Below, one piece after another: positions 1-9,772 of a stretch of 64,000 bases of DNA (positions are counted from its first letter, which is position 1; every line of letters begins with the position of its first letter). The stretch is from Candidatus Nanohalarchaeota archaeon. GTDB taxonomy: Archaea > Nanohalarchaeota > Nanosalinia > Nanosalinales > JAFCCC01. Under the pieces are notes generated by a model. It had not been told where the DNA came from. It saw only the letters and a list, made by a program, of their open reading frames with translations, and did no database searches. Location of the stretch: NCBI GenBank assembly GCA_017610385.1, contig JAFCCC010000002.1, forward strand, positions 64,001 through 128,000. The letters run 5' to 3'. Made by a program: the position numbers and the translations under genes.

Positions 1-2
1 GA

Positions 3-866
3 CAATAACGTATTCAAAGAGGTGCCAGTTTTTGCTTTGATCCATTGTTTTGGACTCACCCAAGGAGCATAAGCTGCAACATACTTTGTGCCAATTTTGT
101 AAATGGTTGGATCATAAGGTCCAGATTCTGTAGCAGAATCTATTTGATTCCACACGGCGCCACCCCACTGATAAATATCTTGGTCTCCGCTGTCTGCCCG
201 AATAAAATAAAGATTGCTTCCTTCGCAGTAAAATTTGGCTGTCCCGTAATTATTGGTTATGTCATACTCAGAACTCCAACTAGTAGTATAATATTTTGAT
301 TTCCAATTATTGCCTAATTGGTATGCAAACCACAGTTTATTATCACAATTAATTGCAGCAAAATGTGCTGCGCCATCTGCCAGCCCTAATTCAATTATAC
401 TTTCGCTCCAAGTTACGCCACCATCATTACTAGACCATTGATATAAAGTCGCATCAGCACCTACATCTACAGAAGCATAAACCCTAACATATCCATTAAA
501 ATATGCAGAATCTGTTTCTCCTTGATAAATATTTGCATTGTGCGGTACATCTATTCTCGTGGGGGTTGCTGTAGCCAAATTTGAAATTGTCGATGCTTTT
601 TTATAATACAGTTCATAATCGTGCGTATCTGGATCAGTGGGATTAGGATTCCCATAATTTCCAGTTACAGTAGCAGAACGTCCATAAAATAGCCAATAAT
701 TAGAACCATCATAAATTATAGATTGTCCTCGTTCATAATGTTCATTATTGGTAAGTTGAATAGGTTGACTTACGTCAATAGTCGCCGCATTTACTGTAGC
801 AACCATGATTAGAAAAGAAAATAAAAAGAATACTGAAATTAGTTTTTTAGCTACCATTACCCCCAT
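3..866 (-). CDS. Secreted beta-propeller/sialidase-like (BNR/Asp-box) surface protein, 5' part only; runs off the left edge and is absent from the ORF track
   Basis: Manual translation gives M(GVM)VAKKLISVFFLFSFLIMVATVNAATIDVSQPIQLTNNEHYERGQSIIYDG... with a signal peptide and an Asp-box (WSSNDGGVTWS). No stop before the window edge; alternative start at 857. Confidence 0.7.
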   Translation of the reverse strand, partial: MGVMVAKKLISVFFLFSFLIMVATVNAATIDVSQPIQLTNNEHYERGQSIIYDGSNYWLFYGRSATVTGNYGNPNPTDPDTHDYELYYKKASTISNLATATPTRIDVPHNANIYQGETDSAYFNGYVRVYASVDVGADATLYQWSSNDGGVTWSESIIELGLADGAAHFAAINCDNKLWFAYQLGNNWKSKYYTTSWSSEYDITNNYGTAKFYCEGSNLYFIRADSGDQDIYQWGGAVWNQIDSATESGPYDPTIYKIGTKYVAAYAPWVSPKQWIKAKTGTSLNTLL

Positions 867-1029
867 CAAATAAGTGTATTGTTTTTAGTGTTTAAAACTC
901 TGTGTAAAGGATTCGTAGTGCGCGTAAGTTCTGCCTATATTATATATATAAGAACTTTTTGGTTCTAAATGAAATGAAGCTTCTCATAAAGTTTATATAC
1001 TGGGCAAGGCAGAAGTAATGTGATCAAAA

Positions 1030-1818
1030 ATGAATAGGAAATACATACCCTTATTTTTAGTTGTTTCATTATTGTGCGCAAGTTTTGTGGCCGCGGAAAA
1101 TACTAATGGAATGAATAATGTTGCTAATATGTCTAACACGACTACAAATGTAACTTCAGGAAATTCTGGGGCAAATGTAACTTCTGCTGTACCTCCTACT
1201 GCGATTGTAAATGCTACTGCTGTTTTAAATAGCACTAAAAAGCAAGTCAATACAAAAAATCAGACTCGTGAAAGAAACGAAAGTGCAATTAAAGCAATCA
1301 ATATTTCCAATATAAGAATAAAGGCGAAAACAGTAAGAGAGTATAGACAAATAATTCAAGAAAGAAAGCAAGTTATGAATCAAACTTTGATTGGGATAAG
1401 TGCCAGAAAAATAAAAATTTACAAAAATCAGAATCAGGTTAGGGAAGCTGTTCATAATCTGTTGGCTTTAGAAGATCTTGCAGGAGGAATAGGCAAGAAT
1501 ATCTCTAAAATTGCACGCGAATTTAATAATTCTGTTCAAAAAACCATAAACGCTGAAGAAAAAATTCAAAATAGAGCACCGTTATTGAGATTTTTTGCAG
1601 GTGGAAATAAAAAAGCAACTGAAGAACTGGAAGCAGAATTAACTCAAAACAGAATAAGAATGGAGAAATTAGTTCAATATCGGGAAAGACTTCAGCCAGA
1701 ATTAAAAGGGCTCTTAAATGAACAAATAACTCAGATTCAACAAGAACAAACTCGGTTAACTGAATTGGCACAAAAAGAGAAAAAGAGCAAGGGGATATTC
1801 GGTTGGCTCTGGAAGTAG
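1030..1818 (+). CDS. Secreted hypothetical protein with N/T-rich linker and coiled-coil C-terminal domain
   Basis: Signal peptide, many N-x-S/T sequons, heptad-rich Q/E/K region, amphipathic end KGIFGWLWK. Confidence 0.7.
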   Translation: MNRKYIPLFLVVSLLCASFVAAENTNGMNNVANMSNTTTNVTSGNSGANVTSAVPPTAIVNATAVLNSTKKQVNTKNQTRERNESAIKAINISNIRIKAKTVREYRQIIQERKQVMNQTLIGISARKIKIYKNQNQVREAVHNLLALEDLAGGIGKNISKIAREFNNSVQKTINAEEKIQNRAPLLRFFAGGNKKATEELEAELTQNRIRMEKLVQYRERLQPELKGLLNEQITQIQQEQTRLTELAQKEKKSKGIFGWLWK

Positions 1819-1975
1819 ATTCAGCTCAATTTTTATTTCTTTAAGTTTTTATATTCTTTTAGTTAGTAGCCCATTGAGAATTAGTTCAATGCAATCATTT
1901 TCAAAAAGGTCTAAGTTTGTTAAGTATATTTAACATATGTAAAAGAGACTTTACACTCGTTTAAACAAGTTTGGG

Positions 1976-2830
1976 CTATTTTTTTAAACTTGTATATTTT
2001 TCTTCGATTTGTTTCTTGATCTGATCAGCCATGAATTCGCCACCGTAGAAATCAACCTTGGACAAAATAGTTAATTTATTTGCAACAAAACGAGCCATTG
2101 CACCTCTTTTTTCTTTTCTGATGCCATTTATTTTTGGATAAAGAAATAAAATGCCGTGTTTTGGTGCTTTTCCTTGTTCTTTTAGGTATCTAAAAAGGGC
2201 TTTTTCTGCACCCAAAACCTGAATAGTTGAAGAAGGCATTCTCGCTAATTTTTGCATAGACCCCGCCAGACTAAGTAAGTGGGCAGCTAAATTTTCGCCT
2301 AAAATATATGATACATTGGGCATAAGTTCTTTAGCAAGTTCTGAAACCTGTTTTTCTACTTCGTCATGAAGTTCTTTTAACTCTTTAATTTTGAATTCAA
2401 ATTTTCTTCCTACATAAGATGTTTCTTTAACATTTTTTAGAGCAAGTAATCTTTCTTTTAATGGGTTAATTGAATTGTCTAAAGCTTGTTGAAGTTTAAT
2501 CAACTCAATTAAATATAAATCTTCAGGTAATGACTCGTTAATTTTCAGAGAAGTATAATTTTGCGCTATTTTTTGTAGTTTATGATAATAATCTTTTTCA
2601 TTTTTCACTATGTTTTCCTGCAATGCAAAGGCTCTAAAATCGAAATCGCTATGATCAAGTTCTCTTATATTCGGATATTTTTTCACAAGGTCTTTCACAA
2701 AGTTGCTCTTTTTTAATAGAATTTTAGCTGCTTGTTCTGGTTCTTTCGGAAGTGGTTTGAATTCGTGAACTTTTCCCTTCTCATTAAAAACAAACGTACC
2801 AAGAAAATTTGTGAAGGATTTAAATTTCAT
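1976..2830 (-). CDS. nop5: Box C/D sRNP protein Nop5 (Nop56/58 family), compact form
   Basis: Nop domain motifs MPN...LAAHLLSLAGS..LARMPSSTIQVLGAEKALFR and PKHGILF. Confidence 0.93.
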   Translation of the reverse strand: MKFKSFTNFLGTFVFNEKGKVHEFKPLPKEPEQAAKILLKKSNFVKDLVKKYPNIRELDHSDFDFRAFALQENIVKNEKDYYHKLQKIAQNYTSLKINESLPEDLYLIELIKLQQALDNSINPLKERLLALKNVKETSYVGRKFEFKIKELKELHDEVEKQVSELAKELMPNVSYILGENLAAHLLSLAGSMQKLARMPSSTIQVLGAEKALFRYLKEQGKAPKHGILFLYPKINGIRKEKRGAMARFVANKLTILSKVDFYGGEFMADQIKKQIEEKYTSLKK

Positions 2831-3005
2831 AAAAATAAATAAGATTAGAATTGTTTTAAATGCGTTTGTTCAAATGATAAATTATCTGAGTTTTGATGAA
2901 GTGAAAAATTCTCAGAAAAACTTTTCATAAAACTAAATTATATTGATTTTTTATATTTTTTAGTCTTTTGTAACTTTTTTATAATAGTCTCACCATAATA
3001 CTTTT

Positions 3006-3209
3006 ATGAATACTCTGAGCAGAATTATCACTGGAACTTTTATGATTATTTTAGGAATGTTTTTAATTGCGCTCGGTTTTTCTGAATGGAGTATATTGCT
3101 GTACGGAATTCCAAGTTTTGTTCTTGGAATTTTCATTCTTTTTCATAAAAATGAAGATTATATTGAAAAAATAAAAACTAAACCATATGGAGGTAAAAAA
3201 ATAAAATGA
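3006..3209 (+). CDS. Small two-TM membrane protein
   Basis: Two hydrophobic segments; ATGA overlap with the downstream YbjQ gene. Confidence 0.7.
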   Translation: MNTLSRIITGTFMIILGMFLIALGFSEWSILLYGIPSFVLGIFILFHKNEDYIEKIKTKPYGGKKIK

Positions 3210-3529
3210 CAGATATACTAGTTACAACAGGAAATGAAGCTCCTGGAAAGAAAATCATTAAGATCCTTGGCATCGTCAAAGGAAGTACAGTAAGAGCAAG
3301 AAATATTGGTAGAGATATTGGTGCAGGATTTAAAAGTCTCGTCGGAGGAGAAGTAAAAACATATACCGGTATGACTAAAAATGCAAGAGATGAAGCATAT
3401 AATAGAATGGTTAATGAAGCAATAGATATGAATGCTGATGCAATTATTGGTGTTCGATTTGCAACTTCGATGGTAATGCAGGGCGCTTCTGAAATGCTTG
3501 CATACGGAACTGCAGTTAAACTTAATTAG
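3206..3529 (+). CDS. YbjQ/UPF0145 family protein
   Basis: GRDIGAGFKSLVGGEVKTY..., ADAIIGVRF, EMLAYGTAV are UPF0145 signatures; GGAGG SD upstream. Confidence 0.92.
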   Translation: MTDILVTTGNEAPGKKIIKILGIVKGSTVRARNIGRDIGAGFKSLVGGEVKTYTGMTKNARDEAYNRMVNEAIDMNADAIIGVRFATSMVMQGASEMLAYGTAVKLN

Positions 3530-3599
3530 AAATAAGGAGATTCAAGAACTCTATTCTTGAAACGAGGAGTTTTCGATAAGAGTTCCATAATAATAAAAA

Positions 3600-4502
3600 T
3601 TATTCATTAGAATATTCGTAATTCAAAACCAAATCTCCTTGATTATTTCTTATAAAAATAGTATCTTTTGCGTTATTCCAGACAGCATTGCACTGTCTTC
3701 CACTGCTGCACCAGTAAAGGCTTTTCTGTGCGTCTATACCACAGCCAGTATACAGAGTTACTTCTGAGTTGCTTTCGAGAACAAAATTTGGGAATACATA
3801 GGGATCTCTTGAAGTTTCATCTGTAACTCTCCAACCAGTTATATCATATGAAAAGCCACAACTATTTTTTAAAGTAATATATTCATCATTTAAATTGTTA
3901 CAGTCGTTTCCTTCTGCATTGGCGTGTATGTAGAAAATTCCAATACAAGTATCTGGTGAAGCGCCTTCCCAAATACATCCTTGTTGTTTTTGCGCTGTGT
4001 TCTCTGCTTCTTCTAATTCTTTTTCATATTTTGTATTAGGAGAAATTATGAATACTGTGGCTAGGCCTTCTTCCACAAGTTTAATGTTGATATTCTTGTT
4101 ATTTAAGAAAATGTAGCGTAAAAGTCTTCCATATTGATCTTTCGTATTCTCATCTGTTTCTAATCGTACTTCTTTGTTTTTTATTAACTCTTCCAATCTT
4201 TTTTTGGCTTCGTTATAACATTTTTGCCCTCTTTCAGGAGTATTTATCCCTAAAAGTCTTATTCTTTCTCCTGTTTCAATTTCTATTGTATCTCCATCTA
4301 TTATTCTTATCACAAAGGCTTTTTCAGCAGGGATCGTTTCAGAAAAATTGTTCTTAGCTATTATGTACCCTTTAGGACCATTCTGACCTTCGTTTGGAGT
4401 AGACCCCTTAATCAAAAAACCAATCAAAATTCCAATTAAAAGCATTAATAAGAAAGAGGCTGTTAAAATGCTTGTTTGTTTTCTGAATAACTTTTTCTTC
4501 AT
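3600..4502 (-). CDS. Membrane-anchored thermonuclease (SNase) with C-terminal lamin-tail domain
   Basis: N-terminal TM; IIDGDTI, RLLGINTPE, DQYGRLLRY; LTD motifs EYITLKN..DITGWRVTD and VWNNAKDT. Confidence 0.9.
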   Translation of the reverse strand: MKKKLFRKQTSILTASFLLMLLIGILIGFLIKGSTPNEGQNGPKGYIIAKNNFSETIPAEKAFVIRIIDGDTIEIETGERIRLLGINTPERGQKCYNEAKKRLEELIKNKEVRLETDENTKDQYGRLLRYIFLNNKNINIKLVEEGLATVFIISPNTKYEKELEEAENTAQKQQGCIWEGASPDTCIGIFYIHANAEGNDCNNLNDEYITLKNSCGFSYDITGWRVTDETSRDPYVFPNFVLESNSEVTLYTGCGIDAQKSLYWCSSGRQCNAVWNNAKDTIFIRNNQGDLVLNYEYSNE

Positions 4503-4785
4503 TGTGTATTATTTTATTACTTTTGTTATTCATACGTGTTTTGGTAGAAAGTAAAAATTTAAAATCCTGTATTTGCTATAGGTCTTGCTAGCGTTTGCGA
4601 TCTTTGCATGACTACTCAAGCAATTGAAAATCATCCTAAAACTCGTTTTAAATAATGAATAAAATCGGCTTTGCCCATTAAGTCCTAAAAACGATTGACT
4701 TTTTGTGCAGGATGGATTTTTGCATAAAAAGTCATAGATTTCTATCGGAACGCCTCAGATACCTCTCAACTTGCATTTGAGTTAG

Positions 4786-4821
4786 AAACTGTTTGAACTA
4801 GGAATCTATCCAGAATTTTAA
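4786..4821 (+). pseudogene. Second, very short remnant of a transposase C-terminus
   Basis: Translates KLFELGIYPEF*, paralleling PELFELGIKPNL* at the end of 4833..5051. Confidence 0.55.
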
Positions 4822-4832
4822 ATATCTTTTAA

Positions 4833-5051
4833 GTGGATTTAAGGTATATGGAAGAAGAATTCTTAGAGCATTATCACAAACGAAGTAACGTAGAATCAAT
4901 AATGTACAGGATTAAATCTAAGTTTGGAGATGGGTTGTTGAGTAAAACTAAAACTGCACAGAGTAATGAGCTTTTGGCTAAAGTTCTGTGTCATAATATT
5001 TGTGTAGTTATCCCGGAGTTGTTTGAGTTGGGTATAAAACCCAACCTTTAG
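4833..5051 (+). mobile_element. C-terminal fragment of a DDE transposase (IS4/IS5-superfamily-like)
   Basis: YHKRSNVESIMYRIKSKFG matches the Y-(2)-R-(3)-E-(6)-K signature; N-terminal catalytic part missing. Confidence 0.8.
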
Positions 5052-5134
5052 GATTTTTTATCGAGACGCACATAAACCTACCGCGTAAATCATTTACATC
5101 AGCTTTTTATCATTTTATACCGCTATATTAATTA

Positions 5135-6490
5135 ATGAAGATTGAGTTAAAACAAAAATTTGACTGTAAAAAAATAATTAAAGAATTAGATTGCTTGGTG
5201 AAATGTGCAGTTTCTCTTTTTGATGATTTTTCTTCTTGTCGCATCAATTCGATTCGCAATTCAAAGAAACTACAAAAACTTGAAACTATACTTCTTATAC
5301 ATTTTCTAGAAAAAACGAACTTTGAAAGCGTATTTGACAATATGAAAGCCAGTTATATCTATACGGATATTGTGGGTCACAATATATTTCATCACTTACT
5401 TTGTAATTTAGGTAAAAAGCAAATGGAACCTACCTTATCTAATTTACTTTTAGTTTGTGAAGAGAGTTTTAAGCAAATACGTCGCAAGCGCCCAAAAAAG
5501 TACAGTTATTATTTACCAACCAGAATTGAACTCGAGTTATCCAAAGGAAAAAAGAGCTACTTAAAAAAAATATTGAAAAATAAAATAGGCATAGAGATTA
5601 GTAGACCCTCTAAAAAACTTTTAGAAAGTATGCACCGCCCAAACCTCAAGGAATTATTTGATACTCGGCAAACAATTTTAAAATTAGAGGTACGAGCAAG
5701 AGATTACGCGTACGTTAATAAAATTTTGGATAGAAAAGTTTTAGCATTAATTGGTGCACTCGCCTTTACTATTAGTTACCAGAATAATCCGCTCATAGGG
5801 TTTCACGCGCCTAATAAATCTGAAATTCTAACTACCCCATTAGAAGATTATATTGTTATTGTAGAAGATGATGAAACTGTTGTTTATCCCGCGTCATCGA
5901 TACATTCCGTATTGCGGCGGGTGGTGGATAAAGATATTAGATCGGTTGGTAAATCCTTTTGGATAATTCACGACAGAGAGACTGGCAATTATAAATTTTT
6001 TAAGAAAATTTTAAACCTCTTAGCCAACCAGACACCAAAAATAAGATCAATAACTGAGAGTAAATTGAAACTTTATTTAGATGCAGTCACTGAAAAACAA
6101 CTAGAAATATCTTTTTTGAAATTTTGGGTAATTATAGAAAGCACAATAAAACTAAAAAATAAGAAACGCGGCGCAGTTGTGGTATCCTCCCTTAAAAAAT
6201 TACTTGCTGAAAAAGAATTAGAACCCTTGATAGATTCTTTATATGCAAAACGAAATTTACTAGTTCATGAATTTGAGGCAGATTATATTTCTCAACAAGA
6301 TAGGAGTTTAGTAAAGATTTTTGTAGATAAAATCATGTTATTTTTAATTGACCAACCCATAAAACTGCGGAATCCACAAGAATTAAAAATGTGGATAGAT
6401 AACGCATTTTTTTCAGATGAGGAGCTTATTAAAAGAAAAGATATTATAACTAAACTCCTTAAAAAAAGATTAAGTTCTAAAAATGGTTAA
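5135..6490 (+). CDS. ApeA/MAE_28990-like protein with C-terminal HEPN domain (putative RNase, defence-like)
   Basis: C-terminal FLKFWVIIES helix and RNLLVH (Rx4H HEPN motif); sits next to transposase remnants. Confidence 0.65.
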   Translation: MKIELKQKFDCKKIIKELDCLVKCAVSLFDDFSSCRINSIRNSKKLQKLETILLIHFLEKTNFESVFDNMKASYIYTDIVGHNIFHHLLCNLGKKQMEPTLSNLLLVCEESFKQIRRKRPKKYSYYLPTRIELELSKGKKSYLKKILKNKIGIEISRPSKKLLESMHRPNLKELFDTRQTILKLEVRARDYAYVNKILDRKVLALIGALAFTISYQNNPLIGFHAPNKSEILTTPLEDYIVIVEDDETVVYPASSIHSVLRRVVDKDIRSVGKSFWIIHDRETGNYKFFKKILNLLANQTPKIRSITESKLKLYLDAVTEKQLEISFLKFWVIIESTIKLKNKKRGAVVVSSLKKLLAEKELEPLIDSLYAKRNLLVHEFEADYISQQDRSLVKIFVDKIMLFLIDQPIKLRNPQELKMWIDNAFFSDEELIKRKDIITKLLKKRLSSKNG

Positions 6491-6694
6491 CTTCTTGTAT
6501 AAATCCAGTCATTAGGTTTTTATAATTTTGCAACAAACTATTACTATGATAAATATTATATCATTTATACTGGGTGGGTTTTCTATTTATTGTCTGTCTA
6601 TACTTACAGTGTGGGTTATAAGACAAATAGGGGATATCTCACCAAAAGATAGATTCTGAACCTAACTTTAATATTAGGTCTTTTTGAAGGGGTT

Positions 6695-7190
6695 ATGTTG
6701 AAAATAGATGTCGTTGCCAAGACGAATGATGGAACTCTTTATTCTATTATGGGTATCAGTTTCTCAAAAAAAGGAGATTTATACGTTTTTGATAAGGCGA
6801 AGGGGGGCGGCAAAGAAGTTTCATTATTCAATTCATCCTAGTGGTAAAATACACCTCAAACTAAATTGTAGAGATGTTGTTTTAAGATGAATTAGCAAGA
6901 TACCAATTCAACAGTTTAAAATACCCTGGACTTTAGGAAGTAAGCTTCTTGACATAAATGAGATTTCAGAGAAATATAAGGTATATAATTCTAGAAAAAA
7001 TAGAGATAGTTTTTTGGTGGACTTAACAAAATATCCTTATAAGAGGGTGTTGATGCAAATAACTCTTTTGACACGAAAAGTTCTGTTAGACTTTCAAAAA
7101 CAATATAAATATTATGAAAAGTCACAAGTTTATACTTTTGAAAATCAGCACATACATGTTGCACTATCTGTAAAAACCTACCCTAAATAA
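6695..7190 (+). pseudogene. Degraded gene with homopolymer frameshifts and an in-frame TGA
   Basis: Frames join as MLKIDVVAKTNDGTL/ILLWVSVSQK/GDLYVFDKAKGG/KFHYSIHPSGKIHLK...VVLR*ISKIP...KTYPK*; GGGG SD before ATG 6695. Confidence 0.55.
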
Positions 7191-7279
7191 ATACTTTTTG
7201 TGCAGAAGGCACTTTATGTGCAACGCCAATAAAATCAAAACCTTTATATGCTTAAAGCACTCAGTTCTTTCAGATTAAT

Positions 7280-7477
7280 ATGGGAAATGTAAGACCAAAT
7301 TTCATTAAGAGAATTGCAGAAGAAATGATTAAAGAGAATAAAGACGTTTTTACAGGAGATTTTGAGAAAAACAAAAAGATTCTTAATGAATTGGACGTTT
7401 TAGACTCAAAAGGATTACGAAACAGAATTGCTGGTCAAATTGTCAGAGATGTTTTGAATAAGAAATATCAAAACTAG
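7280..7477 (+). CDS. rps17e: 30S ribosomal protein S17e
   Basis: MGNVRPNFIKR...FTGDFEKNK...SKGLRNRIAG. Confidence 0.95.
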   Translation: MGNVRPNFIKRIAEEMIKENKDVFTGDFEKNKKILNELDVLDSKGLRNRIAGQIVRDVLNKKYQN

Positions 7478-7540
7478 TTTTCCTTTTTTTTAAATCTAAA
7501 TTTTCTTTAAAAGTCAAATTTTTCTTTAGAATTCAAATAA

Positions 7541-8014
7541 TTAACACCCGTATTTCCGTGCCCATTCTGAATCTCCAAAATCGCTTCGTTCACAATAATA
7601 AGTTAATATTTCTGCAAGCCCTTTTTTAAGTAACTGTTCGTTCAAGTTGATGCCTTTACAATAAATAACACCAATTCTTCGATCATAAGACATTTCTTGC
7701 TGTTTATCAATTAAAACTGTTGCAATACCTCCTATATTGCAAAGATCATGAGCTAATTTCGTTCCAGCCGCTTTAATTTCACCTTTTTCTGGAGTATTAA
7801 CTAAAGATAATCTTATTGGTATTTCGCAAACTTCTAAAGTATCTCCATCTCTAATTTGTGTAACGGGCCCCTTAATGTACTCTTCCGTAACAACACAATC
7901 TTGATTTTTTAGTGAACTAGTAAAAACAAATGCCACAACAAAAATCATAAACCCAAGAAATATTATCAATAATATTTTTACTGTTTCTTTCCATGGTATT
8001 TTTTGGAATTTCAT
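7541..8014 (-). CDS. Membrane-anchored thermonuclease (SNase-like)
   Basis: N-terminal TM; IRDGDTL, IRLSLVNTPE, SYDRRIG, NLNEQLLKKGLA. Confidence 0.85.
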   Translation of the reverse strand: MKFQKIPWKETVKILLIIFLGFMIFVVAFVFTSSLKNQDCVVTEEYIKGPVTQIRDGDTLEVCEIPIRLSLVNTPEKGEIKAAGTKLAHDLCNIGGIATVLIDKQQEMSYDRRIGVIYCKGINLNEQLLKKGLAEILTYYCERSDFGDSEWARKYGC

Positions 8015-8200
8015 AATAAGTTCTCTTGTGACTGTTTTTTATACCAATATAAGAAAATTGGTGAGTTGGGTTTAAATTTTTGTAGTTTTTTAAGAACGCA
8101 ACAACCAACCGAATTTCGGTCGCACCTCCCGCAGACGCAATATAACCTCTAGAAAAGCGATATCCTTATATTCTTTTGGCTATATACTTACCCTTATCAA

Positions 8201-8725
8201 GTGATTAAAATGGTGCAAGATGGGTATGATACTGAAGAAATTGGATTAAATGAAGAATCAGGAAAAAATTTAAGTTATGCAGTTAGTATTCGTGATTATT
8301 TATTAACTAATGGAACTGCACTTCGACAATTACAGGTGGGAACCGCATTAGCGGTACTTGAGAGTTTCTTAGAAGAAATAGCACCTTATGGGGCTCCAGA
8401 ATTAGGTGAGATTACCTATGAATGTATGAACGGTAAACGTTTACGAGATCAAACCCCACATACAGAAAGATTCAGTGATCCAGAACAAGTTTACAGCTAT
8501 GCAGGAAAAAACAATCATAGATTTAATCGGTTTACTGCCCCAGTTTATTTAAACAAAATCCCTATTTTTGTGGCTGATTTTGATAATCATGGAAAATTAA
8601 CAATAACAGCAAATAATCCAACAGATAATCCTTTATGCGAAGCAGACTTGGATCATATTTGGTCAGAAATATGTTCTGAAGAGGTTTTAGGTAACATTTC
8701 AGCAAGTTTTATGCAAAAAGATTAA
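8201..8725 (+). CDS. Hypothetical protein (acidic ORFan)
   Basis: 174-aa ORF with upstream TATA-like sequence; no recognised motif; ATG at 8210 possible. Confidence 0.6.
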   Translation: MIKMVQDGYDTEEIGLNEESGKNLSYAVSIRDYLLTNGTALRQLQVGTALAVLESFLEEIAPYGAPELGEITYECMNGKRLRDQTPHTERFSDPEQVYSYAGKNNHRFNRFTAPVYLNKIPIFVADFDNHGKLTITANNPTDNPLCEADLDHIWSEICSEEVLGNISASFMQKD

Positions 8726-8783
8726 AAAGAAAGAAGAAATGGACATTACATAAAAATATAAATTATGTTGCGAAACAACAATT

Positions 8784-9227
8784 ATGTCTGAAACTGTAGG
8801 TATACAACCCGGATTCATACCAAAAATTCCAGTTGAAGCGTATAAAAGAGATAATTGTGTGAATGCTATACGTAGTGTTCTTGACGGAGGACGAGTTACA
8901 GAATATAGATTGGCTCAAATCCGACAGCTGTTAGATACAATAAATAATTCTTTTGAAGTACATGATGCTTATAAAACGTTAAGTATAGATAACACCCCAA
9001 AAGAAGCGATAAAACAATATTTGGTTACGTTAACTTGGTATACTAAACTTTGCAAAAGAGAACCTGTCATTGAATCCACCGTAGAAAAATATGTGGCTGC
9101 TTTAGGGAATCTTCAACAAACTCTCACGGCCCTATTAAAAAAAGAAAAAATTACAACAGAAGCTGCAGAGATACTTGAATCATATATGAAGGAATATGTA
9201 TGTGAACCTTTGAGTTCACCAATATGA
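8784..9227 (+). CDS. Hypothetical helical protein
   Basis: 147-aa ORF, no recognised motif. Confidence 0.6.
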   Translation: MSETVGIQPGFIPKIPVEAYKRDNCVNAIRSVLDGGRVTEYRLAQIRQLLDTINNSFEVHDAYKTLSIDNTPKEAIKQYLVTLTWYTKLCKREPVIESTVEKYVAALGNLQQTLTALLKKEKITTEAAEILESYMKEYVCEPLSSPI

Positions 9228-9273
9228 AAATAAATTATTTCTAACGAGAAAAAGGAAAAAAGAAAGAATTGGT

Positions 9274-9477
9274 TTATCTTATTGCCAATTCAATATCCTC
9301 TCTTTTAATAGTTCTTCTTTTTGCATGCCGTGATGCCCTTAGTGCTTCATCAGCTACTGCTTGTGCCATGTCTTCTATAATTTCTCTTACTGCGGCAACA
9401 GCATCTTCAGAAACTCTTTCGGCTCCTGCATTTCTCATTAATCTTTCAAGAGGTGCTAATGGTAAAATTTTCTTCAT
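9274..9477 (-). CDS. Archaeal histone (HMf family)
   Basis: LPLAPLERLMRNAGAERVSEDA...HAKRRTIKREDIELA histone fold; GGTGA SD upstream. Confidence 0.95.
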   Translation of the reverse strand: MKKILPLAPLERLMRNAGAERVSEDAVAAVREIIEDMAQAVADEALRASRHAKRRTIKREDIELAIR

Positions 9478-9635
9478 TTTAAGTCACCTATTCCTTTTAT
9501 ATTTAATTCGAAGACATGGTTTATATAGTTTATTGTAATATGGTTCCAATTAGACCTTTAAATAAGATATTTCCTTGAATTTGGCGTTTTATTTTGTACT
9601 TTGAAAAGGATAACGGCAGTGGAAGTGACAGCTAC

Positions 9636-9728
9636 CGAAACCTTTATATACTGGACAAAGATAGTATAAAACTACTCTTAGGGACGGATTTAGTCTATCA
9701 TATATTCTCCAGAAGATAAATTTATATA
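9636..9728 (+). promoter_or_regulatory. Two tandem BRE-TATA boxes upstream of tfb
   Basis: cgaaacc-TTTATATA at 9643-9650 and agataaa-TTTATATA at 9721-9728. Confidence 0.55.
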
Positions 9729-9772
9729 AGGTTAGCTGGAACTATATATGTACTACTTTGGGGGAAATACAA

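Noticed and set aside
6888-6890. In-frame TGA as selenocysteine or alternative genetic code
   Set aside because: The gene also needs frameshifts, and TGA ends conserved genes normally here (e.g. dnaJ, iorA, grpE).
8094-8140. GC-richer intergenic hairpin (accgaatttcggt) as an ncRNA or riboswitch
   Set aside because: Short, single copy, and I could not match it to any RNA family.
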